Assembly: GCF_006345805.1 (NCBI RefSeq)
Contig: NC_042998.1
Coordinates: 68,076,001-68,140,000, forward strand
Direction of reading: 5' to 3'
Length of the DNA stretch: 64,000 nt
Source of the DNA: Octopus sinensis
Taxonomy: Eukaryota
This document shows positions 44,041 through 58,747 of this stretch, piece after piece. The position numbers were made by a program, and so were the translations under genes. The notes under the pieces were generated by a model, which was given only the letters and a program-made list of their open reading frames with translations, had not been told where the DNA came from and ran no database searches. Each line of letters begins with the position of its first letter. Positions within the stretch are counted from its first letter, which is position 1.

Positions 44041-45504
44041 TTTATTTCATACAATTTGCCACAGGGGCATGGCATAGAGTAACTGCGGGCTGGACAATTA
44101 CATTAATGGGATGAAATGAATATAAAAATATGAATGAGGGAAGCGAACAGCGCCCGCCGTCTCCCGAAAACAATGATCGTTTTAGAATAAACAGAATGAG
44201 ATTTCAAACCTCTTATCGTTTTACAATGACGAGGCTTTCCTACCTCTTACCCGTAGTCCTCTTCTTCAACATCTTTTTCAAATTCAGTATCGCTTCTGAC
44301 CCCGTAGCCCGCCATTTCCCATTCCTCACTCATGCATAAAGCGTATGTCATGCCGGTTCCACCCGGCCATAACCGATACTCCTCTCTGAGTTCCTTCAGC
44401 CTTTGCACTACGGGCACCTTTATGACCTCCACAGCTATCTGCAGAGGCCATTCGGGATCCCGTGTGCAGGCCAGAACTATTCCCTCTCGGTACTTCTCCA
44501 CCACCTTCTCCACCTCCCCACCCCTGTAGAAGACAAGTAATTCTTCTCCATTAGGGGGTGAGGTAGTCACTTCTACCGTCGGTGGCACAATTCTCTTACA
44601 AACAATAAACATTTAGGCACTGAAAGCCTTTTTATCCTTCCTCCCCGACCAGGCTGTATGCAGGCAATGCTCCAGCTCCAGGTCGGGGCCCCAGAAGGCG
44701 ACCCTAAACTGGTCCTTCGGAAAGGAATCCATCACCCTGAACATATCGACGTTCGAGATGACCTCCGTAGTCACCTGCGGAGGCCAATCTGGGTCTTCAG
44801 TTCATGACATGGTCTCCTCCCTCCGGCCCAACTATTTTTCAATTTCAATTTGAGGGAACACCGTGATGGTGTCGAGTGACTTAAAATAAGTCCTCAACAC
44901 CACCGTTCTCTCGTTTAAGTCTTTCAACCACTGCTTGTGGGGTACGATCTCCCACTCCAACACAGTGTTGACCTTTGCCATGCTTGCAGAAAAAAGTCCA
45001 ATAACAGTTCAAAACAAAAAGTCAAAATAAAGTTCAAAAACACAAAAAAGAACAGAAAGACAGAGTAGAGAAAAAAAGAATACAGTTCAAGTCATGGCAA
45101 CATAATTCCGGCCACCCGGTAATCCTGGCCAAAGAGTATTCCCAAAAAAGGTACTCCAAACAGGTACTCCAGGGTCACAGCAGTAGGAACACAAAAAATC
45201 CTCCACAAATTTGGTAGAATTTTTCAAAATTTCACAATTTTTCGAAAGCAAGACATGCCCCCAAACAACAATTCTCACAACTGAGTCATTTAGCGCGACT
45301 GCAGGCAGATAAATATCCAGGACCCAGTGAGGATTTCGTATTTGAAATAAGAAAAACAATATCAAACAACAAACCCCACTAAATCCCACCAAAAAAACAG
45401 ATGCCTACCTTACAGTCGCGCATTCAAATGTTCTTCACTTCAAGACGGCTACGAAGCACGTCTTGACAGCATTCAGTGTGGAAGCAACTAACCAACGCAT
45501 GCGC
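44041..45504 (-). mobile_element. Unclassified 1.46 kb retro-insert with one decayed ~244-codon ORF (LINE ORF1-like?), inserted in a SINE A head
   Basis: The ~14-bp TSD reads agtaagcaagctac (44027-44040) / agtaaggaagcaac (45505-45518). A single frame 44981-44247 starts MAKVNTVLEWEIVPHKQWLKDLNERTVVLRTY and has three internal stops and no frameshift. The minus-strand 3' end is gaaataaa. Confidence 0.6.
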
Positions 45505-48500
45505 AGTAAGGAAGCAACTTACCACACAGCCACTCCTGCGCTAACGCCTTTTATTTTTGTGTGGACATACATCCCGTAAGCCAAAACGTATTTCTCTGAA
45601 GATTAAACGTGATGATCGTGTCTAGGAAGCAATGTCACGGCTTATTTAGGATAGACTTTGGTCTAAATGACGCACTAGATTATGGGGGAGGGACGGGGTG
45701 ACGAAATATTTCGAGATGTAGATCCATTGAGTCAATGATTAATAACAAAGTTTTATAACCCTAAAATACAGGGTGTCCGGTCTAAATTTGACAGTTTGCA
45801 TGAAAGGAAAACAATTAAACACTCATCGTAGAAACCGACGGAAATCCTTTTTTTTTTTGTTTTCTGTTTTAACTACTCATAAATAGTAACAGACGTGTCT
45901 AACGAAGATTCTAACAGTATTGTGAATAATGATAATGATAATGATGTGGAATATAAAGAGGTGGAATGAGTTGAAGGGGAACGGGTTGATGTGGTGGTAG
46001 ATAAGACTTGTGTTAATGGAAGCGGTAGTGGCGGTGAGGGTGGTGATGGTGAAGGTGTTGGGGGTGGGAGGATAGCATCTTTATTTCCTGTCGGAAAACA
46101 GTAATAAAAAATAGAATATGTGGTGGAAATAAACAAATTAAAGAAGCACCGACAGGGATATGGCGTGGGGGTGAGGTGGGTGGGGTTTGGGGTTTGTCGC
46201 TTATTAAACATACGGAGTACCATGAATATGAAAATTGTGAAAAATAAATGAAATGTAAAATGATGACGGCGATGTGAAGGCGACGTCGACGATGACGGTG
46301 GCGGGTGAGTGAAGGAGGCAGGGTAGTGGATTTTGGGACGACGACGACGACGTCGAGGAAGATGACAAAGACAGTTTAAAACTTACGTTAATTTTCGTGT
46401 GTGTATTTTTTTTTTTTTTTGGCTATTTTGCAGAAGAAAAATCAAAGTTAATGATTTCTTCAAACTGGTGAAAAATACAAAGTTTAATATCAATGGTTTA
46501 TGAATACGTGAATAGAAAACTTTGTTTTTGTGATTTTTTTTTTCGTTCTTTCTTTCCATTTGAATAATGGGTGCGGTTAGAATACGTGCGGCGGGGGAAA
46601 GGGGAATAGAAAGAAGAACATTCCGTTCTGGCAGAGAGCCTTTGATCATCCAACTTACGATACCGATTCTTGTTAGGTGCTAAGAACACAACGCTAAATA
46701 AGAATTCTTTGATTTCCAGGAAATTTCATTTCATTGATTATACTAATAGAATGGTAAAATAGTCATAAAAAACGAGGTCAGGTTTGCCAAGTTTTATTAG
46801 TTGAGCAACAAAAAAATAAATAAATAAAGGGAAAATAGTGAAAAAAAAACATAGCAATAGTCAAATGCAATTCTACTCGATTACCTTACCATTATCCTCA
46901 AAATTCCGATGACTTCTTTCCTTCGTTGCAATAATACTAGGCTTGAGAAACAATCTTCAAAGAGTTTTATGTTTTGATATTCTTTCAGTGTGATTTATTG
47001 CTAGTTAATTAACTGGTTTCTACCAGTGATACACATGTTTGTTTGTCTGTGTGAGATGTGTGTATAAATATGTATATATGTATATGTATGTACGGTTGTA
47101 AATATATGTATGTACGAATGAATGTATATACGTATACACGGATATACGTATTTATGTACGACTGTAAGTATGGGGAAATTTATGTGTGCATGCATTTATA
47201 CATGCCGCAATTTATGTATGTACGTATGTACGTATATATATGTGTGTGTGTGTGTGTGTGTATGTGTGTGTATGTATGTATGAAGGAATATATATGTATG
47301 TATATGTAAGTACGACTGTAAGTATGTGCGTACGTAAGCATATATATGTGTGGGCGTGTGTGTGTGTATGTATGTATGTATGTTTTATGTATGTATGTGC
47401 GTATATATGCATGTATGCGTTTTTGCATGCTTGTATCTCTGTATTTATATATGCATCAATGAATATATAAATATATGTATGAATGTATGAATATATGCAT
47501 GTATATATATACGTACGAGTGAAGCGTGTAGGTACATACATACATGTATTTATGTATGTGTATTTCAATGCAAATGAATATATGAAAATAAGTCTACATG
47601 TATCAATGAGTATAAGAATATATGTACGAAAGCAGGTTTTTGCTTTTATTCCTACATGAATATATTTATGTATGAATGCATGTATGAACGCGTAGATGAA
47701 TGTATGAATGAATATATATATGTATGTATCGATCAGATTTGTATTGATGTAGTGAATTACGTAGACAAAAATTTTAATGAATTCTCTTAGTTGGAGAAAG
47801 ACAACAAAAGCCTAGTGATTTCGTTAGCGGCTCACAAACAAAAATAGAGGAAAAAATTTTCAATAAATAAAGAATTACTCGTTGATAAAAAAAATAACAA
47901 ATATATCTATTGAATAAAATATTAAAATTTTCACAAACGAGAATAAGATCTTTGTTAGTGGGGAGACTGTCAGTAATGAATATACTTTAGCTTTCTTAGT
48001 CGTCGCCAACAAAGCACACGCAACACGTGAAACGTCTCGGCTTGAACAATAAACTTGAGAGTTTTACATACGTAAAAAGCGTTACAGGTAATTTGCATAT
48101 TAAAAAATTCGAGCTAAGGGAAATAATTCAAATAAACTAATGTCATGAATTTTTATAAAATCAAATTATTCTGATACTTAATGGAAGATCTGCTCTTTGT
48201 CAGCTTGAACAGCAGTAATTTGTATTACATATATATATATATATATATATATATCTTTGCAAATTGCAAAGGAAATAATTTAAATAAGCCAATGGTATGA
48301 ATCGAAGAAAAGTAATTGACATTTTTGATAGAAATTTAGATCATTGCTAACGTAGACAGAGACAGCAACGTGTATGCAAACCCAATTTTGTTTGTATTCA
48401 ATGTGCTAATTTAGTGGCCCAAATTATTTGGATGTCTTTTACATGCTTCATGCTGCAAATGAATGTTTTTTCCTTAAGACAATCAAATAACGTACGTGTT

Positions 48501-48590
48501 GTGAGTTCCACTGACGAGATACACTTATACTGAAGCATATCCGTTGAATCCGCCGTCGCAGCAAGCAAATATTTCAGTTTCTCTGAATTA

Positions 48591-48694
48591 CAGTAGTACC
48601 TCGGTTTTCGAACAACTCTGATCGCGAATAAATTGTGCTAACGGCGGTGCATTAGGATGGCCGCAACTCTGAACTGAAACTAGAGAGAGAAAAT

Positions 48695-48772
<78 letters not shown>

Positions 48773-48892
48773 TATTTGTGATCAGAGGCGTCTGTAAACC
48801 GAGTTACAACTTTGTTAAAAGATTACAATAAAGACAGGACATACAGTACGATCATTTGTGATCACAGTTGTTCGAAAACCGAGGTTCTACTG
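48591..48892. mobile_element. Tigger/pogo-like (Tc1/mariner) MITE containing microsatellites
   Basis: TIRs CAGTAGTACCTCGGTTTTCGAACAACT / AGTTGTTCGAAAACCGAGGTTCTACTG with TA on both sides. Confidence 0.85.
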
Positions 48893-49035
48893 TATTTCTT
48901 AATCTTTTGAAATTATATCCGCTTTTTCTTGTGACTAGCTCACACATCTCGTTAGTTTTCTGGTTGTCTTTCAGGAATTAGGTGGAAAATTGTGTTTCAC
49001 TATGAATATTGTTTTAGTGTATCAGTAAATAATCA

Positions 49036-49337
49036 CAGTGTGGAAGGTGTTCATAAGCCATTTGAAAAAACACGCAGAAATCGTTAAATCCACTTCAACA
49101 GTTAAATTTAATTTGTGTCAAAATGTTTTCGTCTCTTTGAAACCGCGACCTATTAACTGAAAAAATTTTGAGCTGTGGCACTGAAAATTTCGTGAATCAG
49201 CACGAAATTTAGTCAGTGAACAGGTCGCGGTTTCAAATCGAAGAAAAGATTTTGGCACAAATTAAATTTTAATGTTAGAAGTAAATCTAACGGTTTTTAT
49301 GTGTTTTTTAAATGGCTTATAAACATCTTCCACGCTG
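49036..49337. repeat. ~300 bp imperfect palindrome (fold-back element)
   Basis: cagtgtggaaggtgttcataagccatttgaaaaaacac..gaaaccgcgacct pairs with aggtcgcggtttc..gtgttttttaaatggcttataaacatcttccacgctg. Confidence 0.85.
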
Positions 49338-50057
49338 AAATTACTTTTATTTCAACACACGATCTCAGATCAGGTCACTTTCTATGCAAGTACATTTCCG
49401 TAAAAAAGTATATAATTGGTTTAACTTAAATTGCACCATGGGTTTATTTGAGTCATTTCCCTTGGATCAGTGTTCCTACTCGTTTCTTTCTGCCTGTATG
49501 TGGTGGAGGTGCAATGGCCCACTGGTTAGGGCAGCGGACTCGCGGTCATAGGATCGCGGTTTCGATTCCCAGACCGGGCGTTGTGAGTGTTTATTGAGCG
49601 AAAACACCTAAAGCCCCACGAGGCTCCGGCAGGAAGAGGGGGGTGAACTCTGCTGTATTCTTTCACCACAACTTTCTCCCACTCATTCTTCCTGTTTCTG
49701 TTGCATCTGTATTTCAAAATGCCAGACTTGTCACATTCTGTGTCACGCTGAATCTTCCCCGAGAACTACGTTAAGGGTACACGTGTTTGTGGAGTGCTCA
49801 GCCACTTGCACGTTAATTTCACGAGCAGGCTGTTCCGTTGATCGGATCAACTGGAACCCTCCTCGTCGCAACCAACGGAGTGTCACGATGTCTGTATGTA
49901 TATATTCTGATGTGTCTTAGAAATATATCGAATAAAACGTATACTGTTAGGTGCTTTGGAACTTGGAAACACCTTTGAAGAGAAGAACTAATGTGCACAT
50001 AGATTCCGACATAGATGTAGTACACACAGACACACACACACGTATATGTATATATTG

Positions 50058-50127
<70 letters not shown>

Positions 50128-50639
50128 GAGAGAGAGAGAGAGGGAGAGAGAGAGAGAGAAAGAGATGGAACAAAAGCGCAATAGAGGACAATAAAACATT
50201 CTGACAGATAGATGATACAAAGGCGGAAAGGAGAAACAACAATTAGAAGGACAAACAAAAAAAGACGGGTCATTCGTGGCCTACTTTCTTCTGTCAAATT
50301 ACCAGAAGTTCTTACTGTTTCGGGCAACAGACATGCATATATGCATGCATGATACATATGTATACATGAAAGTGTGAGTATGCACGTATATAAATATGTG
50401 TGCGTGTGCATACCTACGTACAAGTACAATAGACATATGAATATATTCATATGCCAATTATTTTTTATTTGTGTTTCAAGTTTTTTAATACATAATTGTC
50501 TGTTGAAACAGATGCTGCTGTTTCTTGGGAGTATCACACACAAACACACATACTCACACACGCACATATACACATACATACACACATGTATATATGTGTA
50601 TATATAAATATACACGCATATATATATACATATATATGT

Positions 50640-51265
<626 letters not shown>

Positions 51266-52849
51266 TGTGCTAAATGTGTTCGTCTTTTTGCATATCTATA
51301 TTTGTATCCGTTTTCCCTACTGTGTGCGTATGTCTGTTCGCGTGTGTCTCTGTGCTTGTACGTGCGTTCGAACCTATGAAATCAGCAACGTGTAATGAAT
51401 AAACATGGACAATCAGATTTTATTCTGCTGAAATCTATTATCATTTTCAATATCTGGAGGACGAGTTGTATTAAATTCCTTGTCAAGCTTATGGTGAGAT
51501 TAAGCAATTCTTTGATTGAATGGAAACCATAATGTAAGAATGGTTGTGCAGCGTTAATAGAATCACTGCGGTCAGCAGTAGTCGATTGACAACCTTTTAC
51601 TACACCTCGCCCTTCCTCCCACCACTTCCTTTCTCACATACATTCACAGTATGAAACTATGAGTTTCACCAATCATAGCACCAAAACGAATTTGTGAAAT
51701 TACACACGGAGATTATTTTTATGTGTATTTCAGTATATGTGGTAAACGGCGACGCCATCTTCTCCATTTTTCCCTTTCGCTGTTTGTTGTCGGTCGTATT
51801 AAATCTAAGCTACATAGAATAATCTCCTCAGTGTCGAAGCAGTACAGTTCATAACATTAAAGAATATTTTAACAACAACTAATCACCATAATAGATGCGT
51901 AGTGCCTCTTCTCTACACCATGTGACAGCTATAGAAATACTGCCGTTTCTCTCGATCACGGGACAAATCAACTACGAAATAATAACAATTTCTCGAACAC
52001 TCTAGAAAATCTCATTTGCACTTAAATTGATCATTTATGTTGTGTTAACGGCACATTTTTTAGTGGTGGGCTAACAAGTGTTAACAACAAGCGTATATAT
52101 CCAGAACATTTTGCTTTATATTAATACTTGATGCATAAGTGCTTAGTAACGACATTAAGACAAGATGTGATAAGAAAACGGGTATTCCTGTTGTTGTTTT
52201 ATTTCTTTTATCTATTTTATTGTATTGTAATACATTTTCTAGCAAAGAATTATTTCCAGCGATGTGGACTTTATTTCGGAATAAGTACTTTCAGCTCCAA
52301 AGATTTACTAACCGTTTACGAAGTTTGAATATATCCCCTACGCTAGTATGCAAATTGAAATGATTCGCAGTGACGTTTGTTTCTGCTAAACGTTAACCAG
52401 GTACATGCTTTCCTTCCTGTTCTTCATCCCTGAAACCTCAGCAGTTATAATGTATTCATGAATACGAGTGAGAACAAAGTTATCTGACTGTGTTTCTGGT
52501 AACACTGTCTTTTTTCTGCAGAACACAAATTATATTTTCTATATAGTTTTTTCTTTTTTTTTTATTATACTTAATGAATTTTAGTTTTTGTCGGGTATTA
52601 TTATAGTTGGTCTGGCCGAAGAAACAGATGCTCACATCTTAATACTCCTGAATTGGGGTGATGTGTCATCCTATCACTGTCGATACGGTAGTACTTTTCA
52701 TATCTCAGTTCATTTAACGGTAACAGGGAAACAGAAAGCGGTACAATTATTCATTATAAGAAGTGGGGATCCTGAGAAATTACAAGTGTTGTGTCAGCTC
52801 ACAGTACCCAGTTCTACCGCTTTTATAGTTTAGAAAGAGAGAGAGAGCG

Positions 52850-52887
<38 letters not shown>

Positions 52888-53152
52888 CTTCCTGGCCAAA
52901 CTCAGCTTTTCACAACCCAATTAGTTATGGTGAAATCGCATCAGATTTTAAAGCCGAACAACTTTACATATAACTATCTGCAATATCCAAAGTGCAATAA
53001 CCAGTCTCAGAGACAAGAAACGAGATGGCTTCTACTGGTTCACTTCTGACTTGAACGCCATAATCAATACTCCATACATTTTACTAAGAACTGCTTTCCG
53101 CAAAACTTATTCATCATTCACCGCTTGTTCTTATTTAAATATTCATCTTTAA

Positions 53153-53372
53153 CCCTTCAACATTCAGATTACTCTGGCAAATGTAATAATTATTTGTTTA
53201 CATTATTTTGAATAAATCATGCATTATTTTGTAGATTTGAGATTCTGATGATCTGAGTGGTTATTTTTAGAATGACATTGTAGGGTAGGTGTCAGAGGTT
53301 GGACCTAGCCAGTTTGAACATAAAACCAGTAGAATTTTGGGGCTGGACATGGCCGATTTAAAGGCTAAAGAG
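53153..53372. mobile_element. piggyBac-like MITE
   Basis: TTAA on both sides (53149-53152 and 53373-53376), with imperfect TIRs CCCTTCAACATT / AAGGCTAAAGAG. Confidence 0.7.
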
Positions 53373-55343
53373 TTAAACAATTTAAACTAAACATTCATCG
53401 TAATAGCTTCCTTATTCTTCTTTGTAAGTTGCCCTAATAAAGGTCATGGATACAGGCTTCCATTTTTATGGCGAAAGAATATCTTTAAAATGATAGTGTT
53501 GATAGAATGATAATCAGTGATGAAAATAATTCATAATGCATGTAGAACAGCGTAAATCCAAACAACGTATCGGATCATTCTTAATATGTTCTAATCTACG
53601 TTAACGTATTAAAAATGAATAGATGTCTCATTTCTGAAAACATTATACTAAAATAATATCTATGAAGAAACATCGGTTTGGGAAGCGTGGAAGTAGTTGC
53701 TGGAATCAAGCAAAGTTTAAACTTTACTCGTATCTGCTTCACCATCCTCAAACTAAATGATTAAATATGTCCATTAATTAAAGGATTTGTCGGTGGTAAA
53801 GGAGGAGATGCTATTATTGTTGTTATTTCTGATATTGGGGTCAGTTTTGTACTAAACGGTGTATATTATATACTGTCAAAACTAATGTTCCTACTTTCAC
53901 TTCCACTTTTAAATCAAGAATACATAATCATCTTCATACATTTAGAAGGAGAGATAACACGCAATATAACTCTCCGTTAATGTCTAGGGGTTAAAAGACA
54001 AAAATATCGATTTTCATTTAACGTGGATCCTCGCTAGACACACTAAGCCTTATGTTAGTGATAGATATGGTCGGAATTGGTGCTGTTTGGATTTGTTAGA
54101 AATCTTAAAATGTACGAGTTACGTTATTACTAAATCGGATGAACTTACTTGTACTTTAAACAGGTTCTACAAAATCTTTTCCATGTGCTAGATAGTATCG
54201 ATAACCCTACACACCCACATAAACTTTAGTCACTATTAACAATATCCATGAATTATGTTTAGGTAGTCTTAATTTCAGTTAATACATATAATTGACCATA
54301 TTTAAGCTACTTTTTCCCACCCTTGGTTCTAACGGCGAGTACCAATGACTGTAATATTTTAAAATTTATATTTTCGATCTTTAACTAACATAAGTTTATA
54401 TATTTATTCATTCATATCTTCGTTATTTCTGATTATTGCCTAAACTTCTTTCATTAGTCTAGTACACATATTTATCTGTTTATGTTAATGCAGTCTTCTC
54501 GTCAATGTGTTGACAACTGACGCTCTTAGATTTGTCCTATTCTGCTTCTACTTAATATTTATAGGCTGTGATTGCTGGCTTTCGCTATCTCTATGTATAA
54601 TTTTCTTTTCCTTTTTCTTCCTTTCCTTCTTTTCCCTCTCTCTCTCCACTGTAACTTGACAGAGACCTTCGCTATTTGCGTTTTTTTCTTAAGTTATTAT
54701 TTGCTGGAATCTCCATTAATTTAAGCTGATATTCTATTAGTTCTTCGATGACTAATCGGGACACTTTAACGAAGATGAATTAAGTAAATGAATAAATAAC
54801 GCCGGAATTTATTAACTAAATCACTATTTAATGTCCTAACGAATATCACACAAGAAATGGATTTTTAGAATAACGTCAGCAACTGTCTTCAAATATGCTT
54901 TGATAGGGTCAAAAGTCATGCTTGGCGCATATTTTCTGCTGCGATACAAACCTGTTTTGCTCATACTAGCCTTTATCAGCGAGGTTGCTTAGTTTAATGT
55001 CATCTTTAGAATAGAAAATCCTTTTAACTATTCTTCAATATACAATCTCTTTCTGCTATCCACCTTCGCGTTTGAGCGACTGTAGTCCCACCCACTCTAC
55101 ATTTCTTTAATGCTGGTAAATCTGATTAGAAATTTCACTTGCTGATGATGTGTTGATTAGTCAACGTCACTACTCGCTTGGTTATTTGAGTGAGAGCTGC
55201 ATAATGTATGACATAATCGTATGGATGCTGTATATTCCACATACCTGACACACTATGCTTACGTAACAATAAAGAATCTAATGAAACAGTTATACAAGTA
55301 TCTGAACACCCATTCGTCTGTTTTGATATTATATATATATAAT

Positions 55344-55391
<48 letters not shown>

Positions 55392-55543
55392 CATACATAT
55401 ATATATATATATTATATATAAACGAGAGAGAGAGAGAGAGAGAGAAGGAGAGAGAGAGAGGCATATATATATATAGGAAATAGTGGCACAACAAGGTGCC
55501 AATATTTGCTGGAAATAGCAGTCGATAACCGTTCGACGCTCGG

Positions 55544-55901
55544 TAAAGCTTCACTGAATGTATAGATACAAAGATGTGTGCGGGAGGCGAATATAAAAAA
55601 TGTTCGTCTTACCTCTAGGAAGAAGGCCAGAGAAATGGACAGCCTCGTACAAGAGTTTCGAACTGTTCATAATATTTTTGTTATTGTAAAACTGATTGAT
55701 CCTCGATGGTTAGGTCTACGGAACAGACTAACTTTAAAATATCCGCTACATCAATGCCTGTGTGCTCAGCCAGTAGCCCCAACAATAAGCAGAACCGAGG
55801 TCAGTTGTCCATTTCTCTGGCGTTCTTCCCAGAGGTAAGACGAAACTTTTTATATTCGCCACTCGATCACATCTTTGTCTCCATGCATTCAGTCAAGCTT
55901 T

Positions 55902-55902
<1 letters not shown>
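55544..55902. repeat. Fold-back/MITE with ~98-bp imperfect terminal inverted repeats
   Basis: taaagcttcactgaatg...ggcgaatataaaaa..ttcgtcttacctct.ggaagaa.gccagagaaatggaca (55544-55641) is mirrored at 55806-55902, and both ends are TA. Confidence 0.85.
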
Positions 55903-55957
<55 letters not shown>

Positions 55958-56346
55958 ACATATACGTATATATATACATATATATGCACATATATTTTTT
56001 TTAATTTATAATTTTTTTATTTATATTTTTCGATTCGATTTATTATTATTATTATTATTACTAGTATTGTTGTGATACATACAAGCATATGTAATGATAA
56101 TAATAAGTGGATGTAAACACATGAACAAAATAAGAATAAACAAAAGCAACAAAAACAAAACAAATTACATGAACATATATAAACAGAAGATACAAATATT
56201 ACAGGCATCCCCCCAATACACACACTAAATAAACATTAAACGCACATAGAGATATAAGCATGCGCAAATGAAGACATACAATAGAAATACAAAATGGCTG
56301 ACGGTTAGTAAGGAGAAACACAAATAAGAAAGAAGAAAACAAAGGA

Positions 56347-56386
56347 CCACTGATGCGGTCACAGGAGTGTGACGAAAGAACTCTGG
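56347..56386 (+). ncRNA. Minimal type I hammerhead-ribozyme-like motif (third family, core CUGAUGC)
   Basis: CCA-CUGAUGC-G-GUCACA ggag UGUGAC-GAAA-G aa C-U-C-UGG. Helix II is a perfect 6 bp, helix I is 3 bp, and the cleavage triplet is CUC. Confidence 0.45.
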
Positions 56387-57036
56387 CCGAAATAAGATTA
56401 AGATTAATGTAAAAATAAATAACACTGAAGCAAATAACACCAAATATATAGTGCGTGTGTGGTTATTGGCTAAACTGGCAATATGACCATTCCCGAAATA
56501 TAACAATATCTGTTTCAACACACGACTTCACATAAAAAAATCTTGCACCACAAATATTCTGCTATAGCCCCGGGCCGACCAATGCCTTGTGAGTGGATTT
56601 GGTAGACGGAAACTGAAAGAAGCCTGTCGTATATATGTATATATATGTATATATGTGTATGTGTGTGTGTGTGTGTTTGTCCCCGTAGCATTGCTTGACA
56701 ACCGATGCTGGTGTGTTTACGTCCCCGTCACTTAGCGGTTCGGCAAAAGAGACCGATAGAATAAGTACTGGGCTTACAAAGAATAAGTCCCGGGGTCGAT
56801 TTGCTCGACTAAAAAGGCGGTGCTCCAGCATGGCCGCAGTCAAATGACTGAAACAAGTAAAAGAGTAAAAGAGAATATACAATAAAAGCAATTAAGATTC
56901 AAGTCAATTCTAATGAATTTACTTGAATGCGGTACTTAACTTAGATGCACCAGAAAACTATATGGTGTTAACCATACAGTAATGTGGGGTGATTATAAAC
57001 GAGAAAGAAGCAACAAGAATGGATTGTTGCTTCTTT

Positions 57037-57419
57037 CTCGTATATATATACGGCAGTTTGTCTGTGTGTGTTTCTGTGTGTCTGTTTGCTTGTACCCTCA
57101 CCCTGACTACGGCTTTCAACCGATTCTGATGAAATTTGACACACACATAGCCCAATGTCATAATTCAAAACTAACGCAGCGAAAATTTTGAAAAGTTCCC
57201 CCAGTTCTGAAAAAAATCGATAAATTCGACATGGGGTCGAGAATCAGAAACACAAACCACAGACTGTCTAGGGGACACAACTCGACCTTTTTAACTCTCA
57301 AACGAAAATTTACCATAATTTTTTTTCCATTTTTTGCTATTTTTTGGCTATAACTCTCTAAAAATGCTTTATAGTTATTTCCCTTACAAACCCGAGCAAC
57401 GCCGGGCGATACTGCTAGT
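57037..57419 (-). mobile_element. Non-autonomous Helitron/Helentron-like (Lep1/DINE-1-type) element
   Basis: The minus strand begins ACTAGCAGTATCGCCCGGCGTTGCTCGGG and ends aaatttcatcagaatcggttgaaagccgtag...(acag/ac)n...acaaactgccgtatatatatacgag, which is the architecture of this class. Confidence 0.65.
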
Positions 57420-58747
57420 ATAATATAATATAAAACATATCCCGCAATATATTATTCAATGTTACATTTATTTAAGCGTAATTTGAGGAATATTTAGTAG
57501 CTATTTCTAGCCAGTTGAGCGATTGCATTCTTGCGTTCTTGATCCTCCTTTCTAATATCATCCATTACCGTATTAAATCGTACGACGAAGTGAAGAAGAG
57601 AATGAGGAAGAAGAAAAACTTTTATAAATATGGCGAAATTAGAAATGAAAGCGGTTTAGATATAAAAGCATTATTGTAAGTTAGTGCCGAAGAGTTACGA
57701 CAACTTCGACTCGCTATATTTATTTAGCGATAGTCCTAAATCCAATAAACTGTAAATTTACTGAGGAAAAACTTGTAACGACAATAACTAGATCTATTGT
57801 AAATATTTACAACGAAAATATTTATTCTATAATGTCAAATCTATTTAAAAGCTAGATACTATTCAATTGTAGATGTGGTATTAAATTATTTTTGTTGATT
57901 TTTATATTAAATTATATTGTTGATTAGATTAGAATCTACAGATAATATCTTAACTATATTCTTTCTGTTTTATTTCGTTTTATCTTTTTGTTACTTTGTT
58001 CAAATATTCTACCTTTTTGTGTGAAATCACTACATTTTTTTGTTGTATTTCATCTACTTTCAAAGAATTACTGCAACTTAGCCTCTATATACTTTATGGC
58101 TTCCTATCACAAGAGAAACTAGAACCAGACTATCAAATTTTATCTAATAAGATTTATTATATTTGTTTATTTTTCATATCTTTAAAGTAACAATGCTTGA
58201 CAAGAAAGAGCACCATTTGAATTTGCAGAGATACACATTTCGTTCGCTGACGTTTTACAACTAGTCATTTTGAAAATATGTTCTGGCAAGCATTCATCCT
58301 TCAGGTATTTCAGTCATCGGTAAAAGTTTTAAAATTATTAGAAAACTATCTAAATTTACATAACGAGTTAATTACTACATGTCGTAATCCTATGAACAAA
58401 TCTTTTAGAGGTCGTGTTCTCTTGGCAGTATCGAGTTTGCTCTGCTCTACTCCTTTTGACAAACTCTTTACTTTCATTGATTTTTTTTCCTAATTAACTT
58501 TAAATTGGGTCTGTTGGAAGTAATTTAGATGTAGACTAATGTATAACTGAACTTCCTGTTCATCCACTGACAGGACTTTATCTCAATCCTTGAGGCCCCT
58601 AATCGCGAGATATTGCCCCTGGGCCAACAAAATATTACATGGCGCCTAACAGCGCTGGTCAGCAGACATTTGAACTTTGACACCAGAGAGACAAAACGTT
58701 TCGTGCTAATGAGTTAATCAATTGGTTTTACATTACCCTGTAATGAG

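Noticed and set aside
45769-45840. Single mariner-like end (ta-CAGGGTGTCCGGTCTAAATTTGACAG)
   Set aside because: No partner TIR or transposase sequence was found.
51745-51765. YY1-like CGCCATCTT motif suggesting an antisense promoter
   Set aside because: A single motif with no ORF, CpG island or other support.
52522-52574. Good acceptor followed by (G)AA CAC AAA, which could have been the next GluN2 exon (EHK...)
   Set aside because: The frame continues LYFLYSFFFFFYYT* with no M2 motif and an early stop.
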